Source: Patescibacteria group bacterium UBA2211
Lineage (GTDB): Bacteria; Patescibacteriota; Minisyncoccia; Minisyncoccales; Minisyncoccaceae
Length of the DNA stretch: 64,000 nucleotides
Direction of reading: 5' to 3'
Assembly (NCBI GenBank): GCA_002327845.1
Contig: DCUP01000006.1
Location: forward strand, 70,015 to 134,014
A program made the position numbers and the translations under genes. The number at the start of each line of letters is the position of its first letter. Position 1 is the first letter of the stretch. Positions 18,130-26,336 of this stretch are shown in pieces. The notes beneath the pieces were generated by a model, which had not been told where the DNA came from, did no database searches, and worked only from the letters and a program-made list of their open reading frames with translations.

Positions 18130-18620
18130 GTCTTTATTTCAATTTTTAATTTTTCACAGACTTGAATTGAATATTTTGCATCCTTGGGAGCAAGATTCTT
18201 TATTATTGGAAAAGAGTACTTGTTGCCTTTCTTCCATAGGGCATAAGATAATTCTGAAAATGTTTTACAATCAATAGTCTCATCATTTTGATTTTCTTTT
18301 TCCAACATTTTTAATATGTATTCCCTAAGGTTGCCTATATTATCAACGTTCACGTTGGGAAAAATTTCTATTTCCGGAAATTGATTCAAGGCTCTCAACC
18401 TTACTGCAAATGAAGAATTATAAACTGCAATTTCTTCTGAGATATAATCTACTCTTCTGTGTTCCAGGTAGTGATTAATATAATAAGCTTTGGGAATATT
18501 ATCTTCGGCATAAAGATAGATGTTCATGTTCGATACAGGAAGCTCTTCGATAAAAATCGGCAGCTTTGGATTAAAGTCTACAGCTTCAATAGTGTTCTCC
18601 AGCTTCTCAGCAACATTCAT
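18126..18620 (-). CDS. Hypothetical protein (164 aa from MNVAEK)
   Basis: The ORF track gives 18126..18716. AGGAGG sits 7 nt before the internal ATG at 18620, and the longer form would overlap the divergent gene. Confidence 0.5.
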   Translation of the reverse strand: MNVAEKLENTIEAVDFNPKLPIFIEELPVSNMNIYLYAEDNIPKAYYINHYLEHRRVDYISEEIAVYNSSFAVRLRALNQFPEIEIFPNVNVDNIGNLREYILKMLEKENQNDETIDCKTFSELSYALWKKGNKYSFPIIKNLAPKDAKYSIQVCEKLKIEIKT

Positions 18621-18705
18621 AATCTTACCTCCTTGCTTTGTTCTGTGTGAAAATATTATAAAAAATGCTAACATTGATATATCATAAAAAATACAAATTA
18701 ACAAT

Positions 18706-19350
18706 ATGAAAATCAAGGATCCTATCAGTGGAATAAGTCACCTATTCGGAGCAATACTTTCTTTAGTTGGAACTATTTTTCTTCTTTACTCCGCTTACAA
18801 GCAAAACGATTTAATAAAAATAGTTTCTTTTTTTGTTTTTGGAGGAAGTATGTTTTTCTTATATACCTCTAGTGCTATCTATCATCTTTTCGGTCACTCC
18901 CCCGAAGAAGTCGATATTTTTAGAAAGATTGACCACGCAATGATATATATCTTAATCGCTGGAACATATACTCCTTTTTGTTTGATTGCTCTTAAAGGAG
19001 TCTGGGGAATTTCTACATTGATAACAATCTGGATTATAGCTCTTGCTGGAATATCAACCGTATTCTTTAAATCGTTCTGGACCAAGGTTCCTCGTTGGTT
19101 TGCTACTTCTCTTTACTTATTAATGAGTTGGATGGTATTGATTGTAATTTATCCACTATACAAAGCAACTAGTCTCGAAGCAATTATGTGGCTTCTTATT
19201 GGAGGAATCTTTTATACCGTTGGAGCAGTAATTTATGCAAAAAAGAAACCGAATATTTCAAAAGAATTTGGCTTCCATGAAATATTTCACATTCTTGTTC
19301 TTCTAGGAACGATGTCTCACTTTTTCGCTATTTACAAATATCTTTTATAG
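18706..19350 (+). CDS. Hemolysin III / PAQR family membrane protein
   Basis: Seven TM segments. SAIYH...DH..IY..IAGTYTP...HE.FH motifs. Confidence 0.85.
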   Translation: MKIKDPISGISHLFGAILSLVGTIFLLYSAYKQNDLIKIVSFFVFGGSMFFLYTSSAIYHLFGHSPEEVDIFRKIDHAMIYILIAGTYTPFCLIALKGVWGISTLITIWIIALAGISTVFFKSFWTKVPRWFATSLYLLMSWMVLIVIYPLYKATSLEAIMWLLIGGIFYTVGAVIYAKKKPNISKEFGFHEIFHILVLLGTMSHFFAIYKYLL

Positions 19351-19385
19351 ATGATATATAAATAATATATAAATAATAAAAAATT

Positions 19386-19796
19386 ATGACAAAAGTATCT
19401 ACGGTTATTAAATGTATGGATTTTAGGCAGAATGGTTTCTTTAAAGACTGGCTAAAAAGTATTGGAGCAGAAAATAGTGACATTATTTCAGTTGCTGGCT
19501 CAGTCAAAGAATTGGCTGGAGAAAACAGTGAATTAAAAGAATGGATATTGGACATGATTGCTATTTCATACAATGCTCATGATTCAAGAGAAATGATATT
19601 AACTAATCACAGTACTTGTGGAGCATATAAGATAGATGACGAAGAAGAAGAAAAAGCCGTTCAAATAGAAGACATGAAGAAAGCTGAAGGATTAATTAAG
19701 GGAAGATTTCCTGATATGGAAATTAAAAAATATTGGTTAAAGCTTGACGGAGACCATCATCACTCTGATAATATAGAATTCATTTCAGTTGATTAA
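19386..19796 (+). CDS. Small protein with beta-carbonic-anhydrase-like zinc motifs
   Basis: CMDFR (CxDxR) and HSTCG (HxxCG) about 65 residues apart. Only 136 aa. Confidence 0.4.
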   Translation: MTKVSTVIKCMDFRQNGFFKDWLKSIGAENSDIISVAGSVKELAGENSELKEWILDMIAISYNAHDSREMILTNHSTCGAYKIDDEEEEKAVQIEDMKKAEGLIKGRFPDMEIKKYWLKLDGDHHHSDNIEFISVD

Positions 19797-19798
19797 TT

Positions 19799-19826
19799 AA
19801 AAAAGAGGTGCAAGCCTCTTTTTTTT
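19799..19826. terminator. Bidirectional terminator between convergent genes
   Basis: A-run, AGAGG-tgcaag-CCTCT, then T8 run, between 19386..19796(+) and typA(-). Confidence 0.7.
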
Positions 19827-19831
19827 ATTCA

Positions 19832-21631
19832 TTAACTTTTATTGTCTTTTCTCTTCTGTCTTATTCTTTCAATCTCAGATAAAAACTGTTTTCTTAAACG
19901 AACATTTTTAGGAGTGATTTCTAAATATTCATCATCGCTCATAATACTCAATCCACCCTCCAATGTAACTCTAACAGGAGGTGTTAATTTTATCGCCTCA
20001 TCAGATCCAGAAGCTCTCATATTTGAAAGTTCTTTTCCTTTAGTTGGATTAACAGCCATATCGTTTCCCTTAGAAACATTTCCAATAACCATTCCTTCGT
20101 AAACTTCTTCAGCGTGACCAATATATAATACTCCTCTTTCCTGTAATCCCCATAGAGAAAATCCTGAAGATTTGCCAGTAACCATCGAAGTCATAGAACC
20201 GACAGTTCTCATCTCAATTTCACCAGCATATGGTCTAAAACCTAATACTCTGCTGGCTAAAATGCCCTCTCCGCGAGTGTCCATGACAAAGTCTGGCTTA
20301 TATCCCAATAGTCCTCTTGTTGGCATCTCAAAAACAATCCTAGTGTGTCCCTGTTCTGGCCTCATTTCTGTCATAATTCCCTTTCTTTTAGAAAGCTTTT
20401 CGATAACAATACCAGACATTTCATCAGGAACATCAATAATAACCTCTTCAAAAGGTTCAAGCTTTTTTCCGTCTTCTTCTTTAATAATTACTTGAGGTTG
20501 AGAAACTTGTAATTCAAATCCTTCCCTTCTCATTTTCTCTAAAAGAATAGCAATATGTAATTCTCCCCTTCCGTAAACTTTATAAAAATCTGTTGAAGAA
20601 AAATCTATTTTTAATCCTACGTTTACCTCTAATTCTTTTTCTAATCTTTCTCTTATTTGTCTATTGGTAACATATTTTCCATCTCTTCCAGCAAAAGGAG
20701 AATTATTAACTAAAAAGTTTAATGAAATAGTTGGTTCATCAATGCTAATTACGGGTAATGCTTCTTGATCTGGATTAGCACAAATAGTTTCTCCAATAAA
20801 AATATCTGCTATGCCGGCAATCATAATAACGTCTCCAGCGATAGCTTCTTCTGAGTCTCTTCTGTCTAATCCGTAAAAAGTATATATTTTAATAATCTTT
20901 CCCTTTCTTGCTTCTTCTTTAATTCCTTTAATGTAAACTTCGTCTCCTTTTTTAATCTTTCCTTCATAAATTCTGCAAACAGCTAATCTTCCTAAGAAAT
21001 TATCATATGCAAGATTAAAAGGTTGAGCTCTTAATGGCTTAGCAGTCAATTCTTCAGATGCTGCAGCTGGAACTTTCTCTAAAATTAAATCCAATAATGG
21101 AGTTAAGTCTTTAGATTCATCTTCCATTCTTCTTTTAGCTATTCCGTCTCTTCCGATAGCATAAATACATTCAAAATCAAGCTGTTCGTCGTTAGCTCCT
21201 AGATCCATGAATAGTTCCAAGACCATCTCTTTAACATCTTCTGGTCTAGACGCTGGCTTATCAATCTTGTTAATTACAACAATTGGTTTCAATCCTAACT
21301 CTAATGATTTTTTTAAAACAAATTTAGTCTGAGGCATCGGTCCTTCTTGAGCATCAACAACCAATAAAACAGAATCAATTGATCGCAAAACACGTTCTAC
21401 TTCCGAACCAAAATCAGCATGTCCAGGAGTATCCACGATGTTAATTTTTGTGTCTTTATAAAAGACAGAGGCATTCTTTGAATAAATAGTAATTCCTCTT
21501 TCTTTTTCCAATTCATTTGTATCCATTGTGAAGCCCTCTTCGGCCACTCCAGTTTGCCTCATTAAAGCATCTGTTAGTGTTGTTTTACCGTGGTCTACGT
21601 GGGCAATAATGGCTATATTTCTAATCTCCAT
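19832..21631 (-). CDS. typA: Translational GTPase TypA/BipA
   Basis: [29 protein letters not shown]. 599 aa. Confidence 0.95.
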   Translation of the reverse strand: MEIRNIAIIAHVDHGKTTLTDALMRQTGVAEEGFTMDTNELEKERGITIYSKNASVFYKDTKINIVDTPGHADFGSEVERVLRSIDSVLLVVDAQEGPMPQTKFVLKKSLELGLKPIVVINKIDKPASRPEDVKEMVLELFMDLGANDEQLDFECIYAIGRDGIAKRRMEDESKDLTPLLDLILEKVPAAASEELTAKPLRAQPFNLAYDNFLGRLAVCRIYEGKIKKGDEVYIKGIKEEARKGKIIKIYTFYGLDRRDSEEAIAGDVIMIAGIADIFIGETICANPDQEALPVISIDEPTISLNFLVNNSPFAGRDGKYVTNRQIRERLEKELEVNVGLKIDFSSTDFYKVYGRGELHIAILLEKMRREGFELQVSQPQVIIKEEDGKKLEPFEEVIIDVPDEMSGIVIEKLSKRKGIMTEMRPEQGHTRIVFEMPTRGLLGYKPDFVMDTRGEGILASRVLGFRPYAGEIEMRTVGSMTSMVTGKSSGFSLWGLQERGVLYIGHAEEVYEGMVIGNVSKGNDMAVNPTKGKELSNMRASGSDEAIKLTPPVRVTLEGGLSIMSDDEYLEITPKNVRLRKQFLSEIERIRQKRKDNKS

Positions 21632-21680
21632 AATTTAAAAAATCTGCTAAGAAGCAGAAAGCTTTTATTTATATATATTA

Positions 21681-21709
21681 TATATAGAATAGATTTAATT
21701 TTTTGTCAA
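21681..21709 (-). promoter_or_regulatory. Candidate sigma70 promoter of typA
   Basis: TTGACA (21704-21709), 17 bp, TATATA (21681-21686) on the minus strand. Confidence 0.5.
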
Positions 21710-21731
21710 AAAAAATACAGCCATCTGGCTG
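21708..21731 (-). terminator. Terminator after the Cys-rich ORF
   Basis: CAGCC-agat-GGCTG followed by T8 on the minus strand. Confidence 0.6.
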
Positions 21732-21734
21732 AAT

Positions 21735-22046
21735 TTAACAATGTTTTAAAAGCTCTTTAGTGTTAAAGCATTGATGATTAATACAATTACTCATCTTACA
21801 ATCGAAACAGACATAATCGCAACCTGTAAAAAATTGACTGTTAGTACACTGCATATTTTTACAGTTTAGACAAAAACGATTCGATTCGTAAAATTCGCAA
21901 AGATTATTAGGGCAAGATAGACAACATCCTCCGCACCTATTTTGAGAGATTAGTCGAGTAGCTTTGGTCATTTCGATCACACCTCTTTCCATTATCTTGA
22001 TCAGTGCTATGCGCTGCTTCCAAGTTCTTTGCAAAACGAAGTTCAT
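21735..22046 (-). CDS. Cysteine-rich small protein (14 Cys in the last 78 aa), higher-GC orphan
   Basis: CGGCCLSCPNNLC...CLNC...CDYVCFDCKMSNC...C. AAGAGGTG SD 8 nt before the internal ATG at 21971 (MTKATR) suggests a 78-aa product. Confidence 0.5.
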   Translation of the reverse strand: MNFVLQRTWKQRIALIKIMERGVIEMTKATRLISQNRCGGCCLSCPNNLCEFYESNRFCLNCKNMQCTNSQFFTGCDYVCFDCKMSNCINHQCFNTKELLKHC

Positions 22047-22124
22047 CCTTGCAAAAAAGTTCAGTAATTAATTTAAGCAAATCCATAACCATCACGCACT
22101 CTTCGCTCTTTATTTTGGCGAACT

Positions 22125-22152
22125 AAAAACAGTATATCATAATACTGTTTTT
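22125..22152 (-). terminator. Terminator closing the surface-protein operon
   Basis: ACAGTAT-loop-ATACTGT flanked by A5/T5 runs, immediately after the stop of 22160..23974. Confidence 0.6.
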
Positions 22153-22159
22153 ATTCAAC

Positions 22160-23974
22160 TTACTCGTCTTCCAAAGAAAATACTATTAGTCCTTTTTCTT
22201 TTATCAATTCCTCTTGTCCAAAATCGTTTAATTTAAAGTTTAAAACATAACCAACTTTTCTTTCAATTTTTCTTCCTGTATATTTGCTTGCATCAGGATC
22301 CCACTCTTCTAAAATAATAATGTCTCCTTCTTTTACTTCGAACTCAGCAACCCTAAGTTCGAAATTCTTCTTTTTTGAATTAACTAAATCAAAATATTCA
22401 GGAGGAATTTTTCTCTTAATTATATTTGGATTTGAATTAGGATTATGATTTAGTGGTGTTTCTTTATTTTTTTTCTTGTTAATAAAAAGTGATTTTGACC
22501 AGTAATATATAACAAGAATAATTAAACCAACAATAATAGCAATAAGTAAAATAATGATAGCGATAACACTTATTGTCCATTGCCCTATATTAAAATTCAG
22601 TGGTTGATTAGTGATAATAATCGTTTTTTCTATTGACTTAATTCTTGCGCCCTCATCATTGACCACCTCAACTGATACTTTATAGCTACCACCTCTTAAC
22701 TCTTCATTAATGGTGAAAGTAAAGTTTCCATCTTTATCGCTTTGAGTGATAAGCGCTTGAGCATCTTCCCCCTCTCTCTGAAGCCATAAAACAACCTTAG
22801 AATCAGAATATGTCGTTCCTTTTATATCAAAAACTTCTCCACTTTTCGCTTTTTCAGGACATTCAGTTATTTTTGGCGTATCTAAAGGATTAATAGTAAA
22901 TTCTACAGAATTGGCTGACATATTTCCAGCCTTATCAACAGCTTTAGCAATTAAAAGATATTTGCCATAACTTAATATTGGAGTTTCATAAATGCCGCTT
23001 CCAGTATCTTGCCAGTCTTGCATTCTTTCTTCATTTATTTGAATTTCATAATGATCAATACCAGAAGTTTCATCTTCGGAAACAAAACTAAATCTAACTC
23101 TAGGATTAGTTAAGTTATCTCTTTTGACTTCTTGGATATCAAAACTATTTGGTTTTTTAGTATCAACTTGAAAACGGAAATGAGAAACCTCTCCCCAGCC
23201 ATTAATATTGCGGAACTGAAGATGAAGATACCAAATTCCATCTTCTATATTATTTAATTCTTTTGAATTAATTAAAGTTGTAGAAATCATTGTCGGAATC
23301 GATTTTGCTATTTTATTAACAAGGATACGAACCCCAGTAATACTTGGAGACAAAGACCAATTAAATTTTGCGGTACTTGCGTTGTACCACCTACTACTAT
23401 CAGGATGAGTTGAAGAAGATATTATCGGTGCAACAGGAACACCTGGAGTTTCTGGCTCTTCTATTGTTATTGCTTTCGCTTCACCCAATGTAAACGTTGC
23501 AGTCCCTAAATTTGAAAGAATATTTGTTCCTTGGCCATCATTCGCAAGAACAGAACTAGAAGAAAAAGAAACAGGAGCTGAGCCAGTAGATTTAACCTTA
23601 AAATTAACTGTTAATATCTTTCCAGACGAACCAGTGAAACCAGACAACGCAATGCCCTCAAAATTAACTGTTCCAGTACTATTAGAAAAAGATGGCTCTT
23701 GGGCCCATAAAGTAAAAATTGATCCCGCCTTAGAAATAGAAACAACCTCAAGTTTATCTTGAGGGAATGATATAGTTCCTGAAGCAGCATTCATTGCTTG
23801 ATCAGAACTAGAGACATAGACATTAACTGGAATAGAACCACCAACAGTATAGGAACCTGAAGCTGGATAAAAAACCAAACTTGCAGCTTGTATAGACGTC
23901 GGCAAAAAACCCAAAAAGGTAAATAATAAAATAACAAAAAATTTTAAAAATATTATTTTTTGTATTTTTTCCAT
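22160..23974 (-). CDS. Cohesin-domain surface protein with Ig/FN3-like repeats, TM anchor and cytoplasmic ASCH/DUF3850-like tail
   Basis: Signal peptide and cohesin-like N-domain (LVFYPASGSYTVGGSIPVNVYV...NAASGTISFPQDKLEVVSI...VLANDGQGTNIL). STHPD...WY module. TM WTISVIAIIILLIAIIVGLIILVIYYW. Tail IPPEYFDLV...FELRV...GDIIILEEWD...YTGRKIERKVGYV. Confidence 0.7.
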   Translation of the reverse strand: MEKIQKIIFLKFFVILLFTFLGFLPTSIQAASLVFYPASGSYTVGGSIPVNVYVSSSDQAMNAASGTISFPQDKLEVVSISKAGSIFTLWAQEPSFSNSTGTVNFEGIALSGFTGSSGKILTVNFKVKSTGSAPVSFSSSSVLANDGQGTNILSNLGTATFTLGEAKAITIEEPETPGVPVAPIISSSTHPDSSRWYNASTAKFNWSLSPSITGVRILVNKIAKSIPTMISTTLINSKELNNIEDGIWYLHLQFRNINGWGEVSHFRFQVDTKKPNSFDIQEVKRDNLTNPRVRFSFVSEDETSGIDHYEIQINEERMQDWQDTGSGIYETPILSYGKYLLIAKAVDKAGNMSANSVEFTINPLDTPKITECPEKAKSGEVFDIKGTTYSDSKVVLWLQREGEDAQALITQSDKDGNFTFTINEELRGGSYKVSVEVVNDEGARIKSIEKTIIITNQPLNFNIGQWTISVIAIIILLIAIIVGLIILVIYYWSKSLFINKKKNKETPLNHNPNSNPNIIKRKIPPEYFDLVNSKKKNFELRVAEFEVKEGDIIILEEWDPDASKYTGRKIERKVGYVLNFKLNDFGQEELIKEKGLIVFSLEDE

Positions 23975-24819
23975 AAAAATTTATAAGTTAGGAATATTAA
24001 AATTATTCCTATCGTTATAATAACATAAAACAAATAATTTTTGTATAGTGTGTTAAGCCTAACTACTCTTTCGTTGCCATTATTGTCTACTGCTTTAACT
24101 AAAATTTCTTCATTTGGATTTTGATTTTGCAAAAGATAAGGACTTTCTGCTCTAACACAAGTTCTTCTTTCTTCGCATACTTCATAATAATTAATTCCCG
24201 AACCCTTATCTTGAGTAGCGAACACTAAAAAGTATTTTCCATTAAAAATTGTTGGATCTTTTGTTATTGTTACATTAAATTCTTCTGGTACATCAATATC
24301 TTTCTTTTCAATTGTCTTTAATTGTGAAGCTGGTGCGTACTGAGAAACAACAAATTGAAAATCAGAAATTGTCGTCTTCGTTTCTGTCCCTTTACCGTCA
24401 TTAAGTAATGCTTTCGTGTTCGTAATTTTAATAGAACCAGCTCCTTCTTGTATCGATTCAAAAATAACTGAAAATATCAAACCTCTTTTATCAAAATAAC
24501 CACCAGGAATTATTCCTGAGAATAAAATATTATTACTTCCTATTTTTGGTCGTTCATTCCAAAAATTAATAATAGAATTTCCATCTCTTATTTCTTTCAG
24601 TTTAAGAAGTTTTTCTGGAAAAATAATATTTCCTTCGATAGCATTAATGTCTTCTTCTTCAGTATTAATAAATAGATTGACTTCAAATTCATCTCCCATT
24701 TTAATTTGCGGACTTTCAACTTCAAAAAAAACTTCTGCCGCAAAAACTGAAGATATAGGGACCAGAAATACGGCTATAAGAATAATTATTTTAAATTTTA
24801 TAATTTGTTGTGTGTTCAT
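23953..24819 (-). CDS. Cohesin-domain protein with C-terminal TM anchor
   Basis: Signal peptide. Cohesin-like FFEVESPQIKMGDEFEVNLFI...INAIEGNIIFPEKLLKLKEI...ALLNDGKGTE. C-terminal LFYVIITIGIILIFLTY. Confidence 0.7.
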   Translation of the reverse strand: MNTQQIIKFKIIILIAVFLVPISSVFAAEVFFEVESPQIKMGDEFEVNLFINTEEEDINAIEGNIIFPEKLLKLKEIRDGNSIINFWNERPKIGSNNILFSGIIPGGYFDKRGLIFSVIFESIQEGAGSIKITNTKALLNDGKGTETKTTISDFQFVVSQYAPASQLKTIEKKDIDVPEEFNVTITKDPTIFNGKYFLVFATQDKGSGINYYEVCEERRTCVRAESPYLLQNQNPNEEILVKAVDNNGNERVVRLNTLYKNYLFYVIITIGIILIFLTYKFLWKKYKK

Positions 24820-24822
24820 ATA

Positions 24823-26328
24823 TCATCCTGTCCAATAATAAGCCATAATACTAAAATCAACTAAATCGACTTTGCCATCATTATTTAAATCAATGTTTGC
24901 TGGCGGTGATGCTTTTTTATACCAATAAGCAGCAATAGAAAAATCGACAAGATTTATCTTCTTATCATTATTTACGTCACCCCTTGAAACAACTTGGGTT
25001 ATTGGATTATAAACATTCTTTGTTCCAACCACAAAAGATACAACTTTACTAAAAGAACTTATATTACCATTAAGCGCTACTTTTGATCTTGTAGAATGAT
25101 CTCCCATCTCAAGGAGTGCTGTATCAAAATTGTATAAATAGACACCGTTTTTATCGGATTGTATTTTGCTAAAAATTTCTTCATCGGAATTAACTGAAAT
25201 TGTTATTTCACTGTTAGGGGTACTTTGTCCAAAAATTTGAATATCATCTCCCCTCTTTACTTCTTTTTTATCAACTGCAATTGTGGGAGCTATAAAAATA
25301 CCTCCGACACTAGTAGTTGCTCCTGAAGTTACGCTTATCGGAAAAGTTAAAAGAGAAGAACGAACACCTTTGCTGTCTTCCGAATATACGCTGAAAATAT
25401 AATTACCACCAGCAAGACCGCTTAAAGTTAAAGAAAAATTAGCATTAGCGTCAGTAATAGTAGTTGCTGCAACTTGAGCGTCTTTTAATAAAGTAATAGT
25501 ACTCTTAGGATAAGCTCGTCCAGAAAAAATAGCACTGGTAACGGGGGGAATATAGACTCCTCCGCCTCCGCCTCCTCCACCACCACCGCCACTAGGACAA
25601 CTTCCACAGTCAGCAGAACAAGTACTACAAGTTTCTGAACCATTGCAAGTACTATCACCACAAGAAGGAGGACAAATTCCACAATCAGTAGAACAAGTAC
25701 TACAAGTTTCTGAACCATTGCAAGTACTATCACCACAAGAAATAAGAGCATCGCCCAAAATAGCAAAATAGCTAAAATTTGAACTAGTTGCTGTAATTTT
25801 GTTTAAATTTTCATCTACAACGCTATCGGTTAAAAGGCTCCAAGCTGAACCATTCCAACGATAAACACCTAGAGTACTTTCGTTTATTCCACTAATGTCA
25901 GAATTTTCATAAGAAAAATCTAATGTAATATCCTTATCAAAAACGTGAACAGGAGTTTCATCGCTTGTTTTTTTGAAAGATATATTATAAAAAACCTCAG
26001 CTCCTAATTTTCCAATTGGTAATTGTTTACTATCTATAACAGATGCTTTGGGAATAGAATGAATAGTAGTTTCTACTTCGTCCCCCGAAGTTAAAACATA
26101 GTCTGGAGTATTAATTTCAAGACTTGAATTATTGGGATTAGTTATTGTTACTATTGATGGTATAGTCGTGTCTATATTCTCAATTTTTTCAGCATAATAA
26201 ATTTGAATTTGAAAATTAGCACTTGATCCTGCCGATACTAATTGTGGAATAAAATTAAAAATGCAAAACAAAAAAACAGATAAAAGAATAAAAAAACTGA
26301 TTTTCAATTTTGTGCTCTTGTTTTGCAT
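24823..26328 (-). CDS. Secreted protein with Cys-rich tandem modules, poly-Gly linker, Ig-like region and C-terminal dockerin
   Basis: Signal peptide. 2x CGDSTCNGSETCSTCS[TA]DCG[IS]CP. G11 run. Dockerin duplicated Ca-loop DVNNDKKINLVDF / DLNNDGKVDLVDF (24826-24987). Confidence 0.75.
   Translation of the reverse strand: MQNKSTKLKISFFILLSVFLFCIFNFIPQLVSAGSSANFQIQIYYAEKIENIDTTIPSIVTITNPNNSSLEINTPDYVLTSGDEVETTIHSIPKASVIDSKQLPIGKLGAEVFYNISFKKTSDETPVHVFDKDITLDFSYENSDISGINESTLGVYRWNGSAWSLLTDSVVDENLNKITATSSNFSYFAILGDALISCGDSTCNGSETCSTCSTDCGICPPSCGDSTCNGSETCSTCSADCGSCPSGGGGGGGGGGGVYIPPVTSAIFSGRAYPKSTITLLKDAQVAATTITDANANFSLTLSGLAGGNYIFSVYSEDSKGVRSSLLTFPISVTSGATTSVGGIFIAPTIAVDKKEVKRGDDIQIFGQSTPNSEITISVNSDEEIFSKIQSDKNGVYLYNFDTALLEMGDHSTRSKVALNGNISSFSKVVSFVVGTKNVYNPITQVVSRGDVNNDKKINLVDFSIAAYWYKKASPPANIDLNNDGKVDLVDFSIMAYYWTG
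25602..25740 (-). repeat. Tandem 75-bp in-frame repeat (2 copies) encoding the Cys-rich module
   Basis: 25602-25665 versus 25677-25740 differ at 2 positions. A 50-bp core is identical. Confidence 0.9.
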
Positions 26329-26336
26329 TTTAATTT

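Noticed and set aside
25558-25590. Poly-Gly coding tract as a slipped-strand phase-variation switch.
   Set aside because: The 11 Gly codons are a mixture of GGC, GGT and GGA rather than a homopolymer or perfect short tandem repeat. Slippage-based on/off switching is therefore unlikely.
25485-25766. Minus-strand alternative-frame ORFs inside the surface genes (25485..25766, 27326..27511) and the plus-strand ORF 27384..27620.
   Set aside because: They overlap the repeat and T/S/G-rich coding regions out of frame. The translations are repetitive (V/L/E or S/R/K strings) and are by-products of the biased composition.
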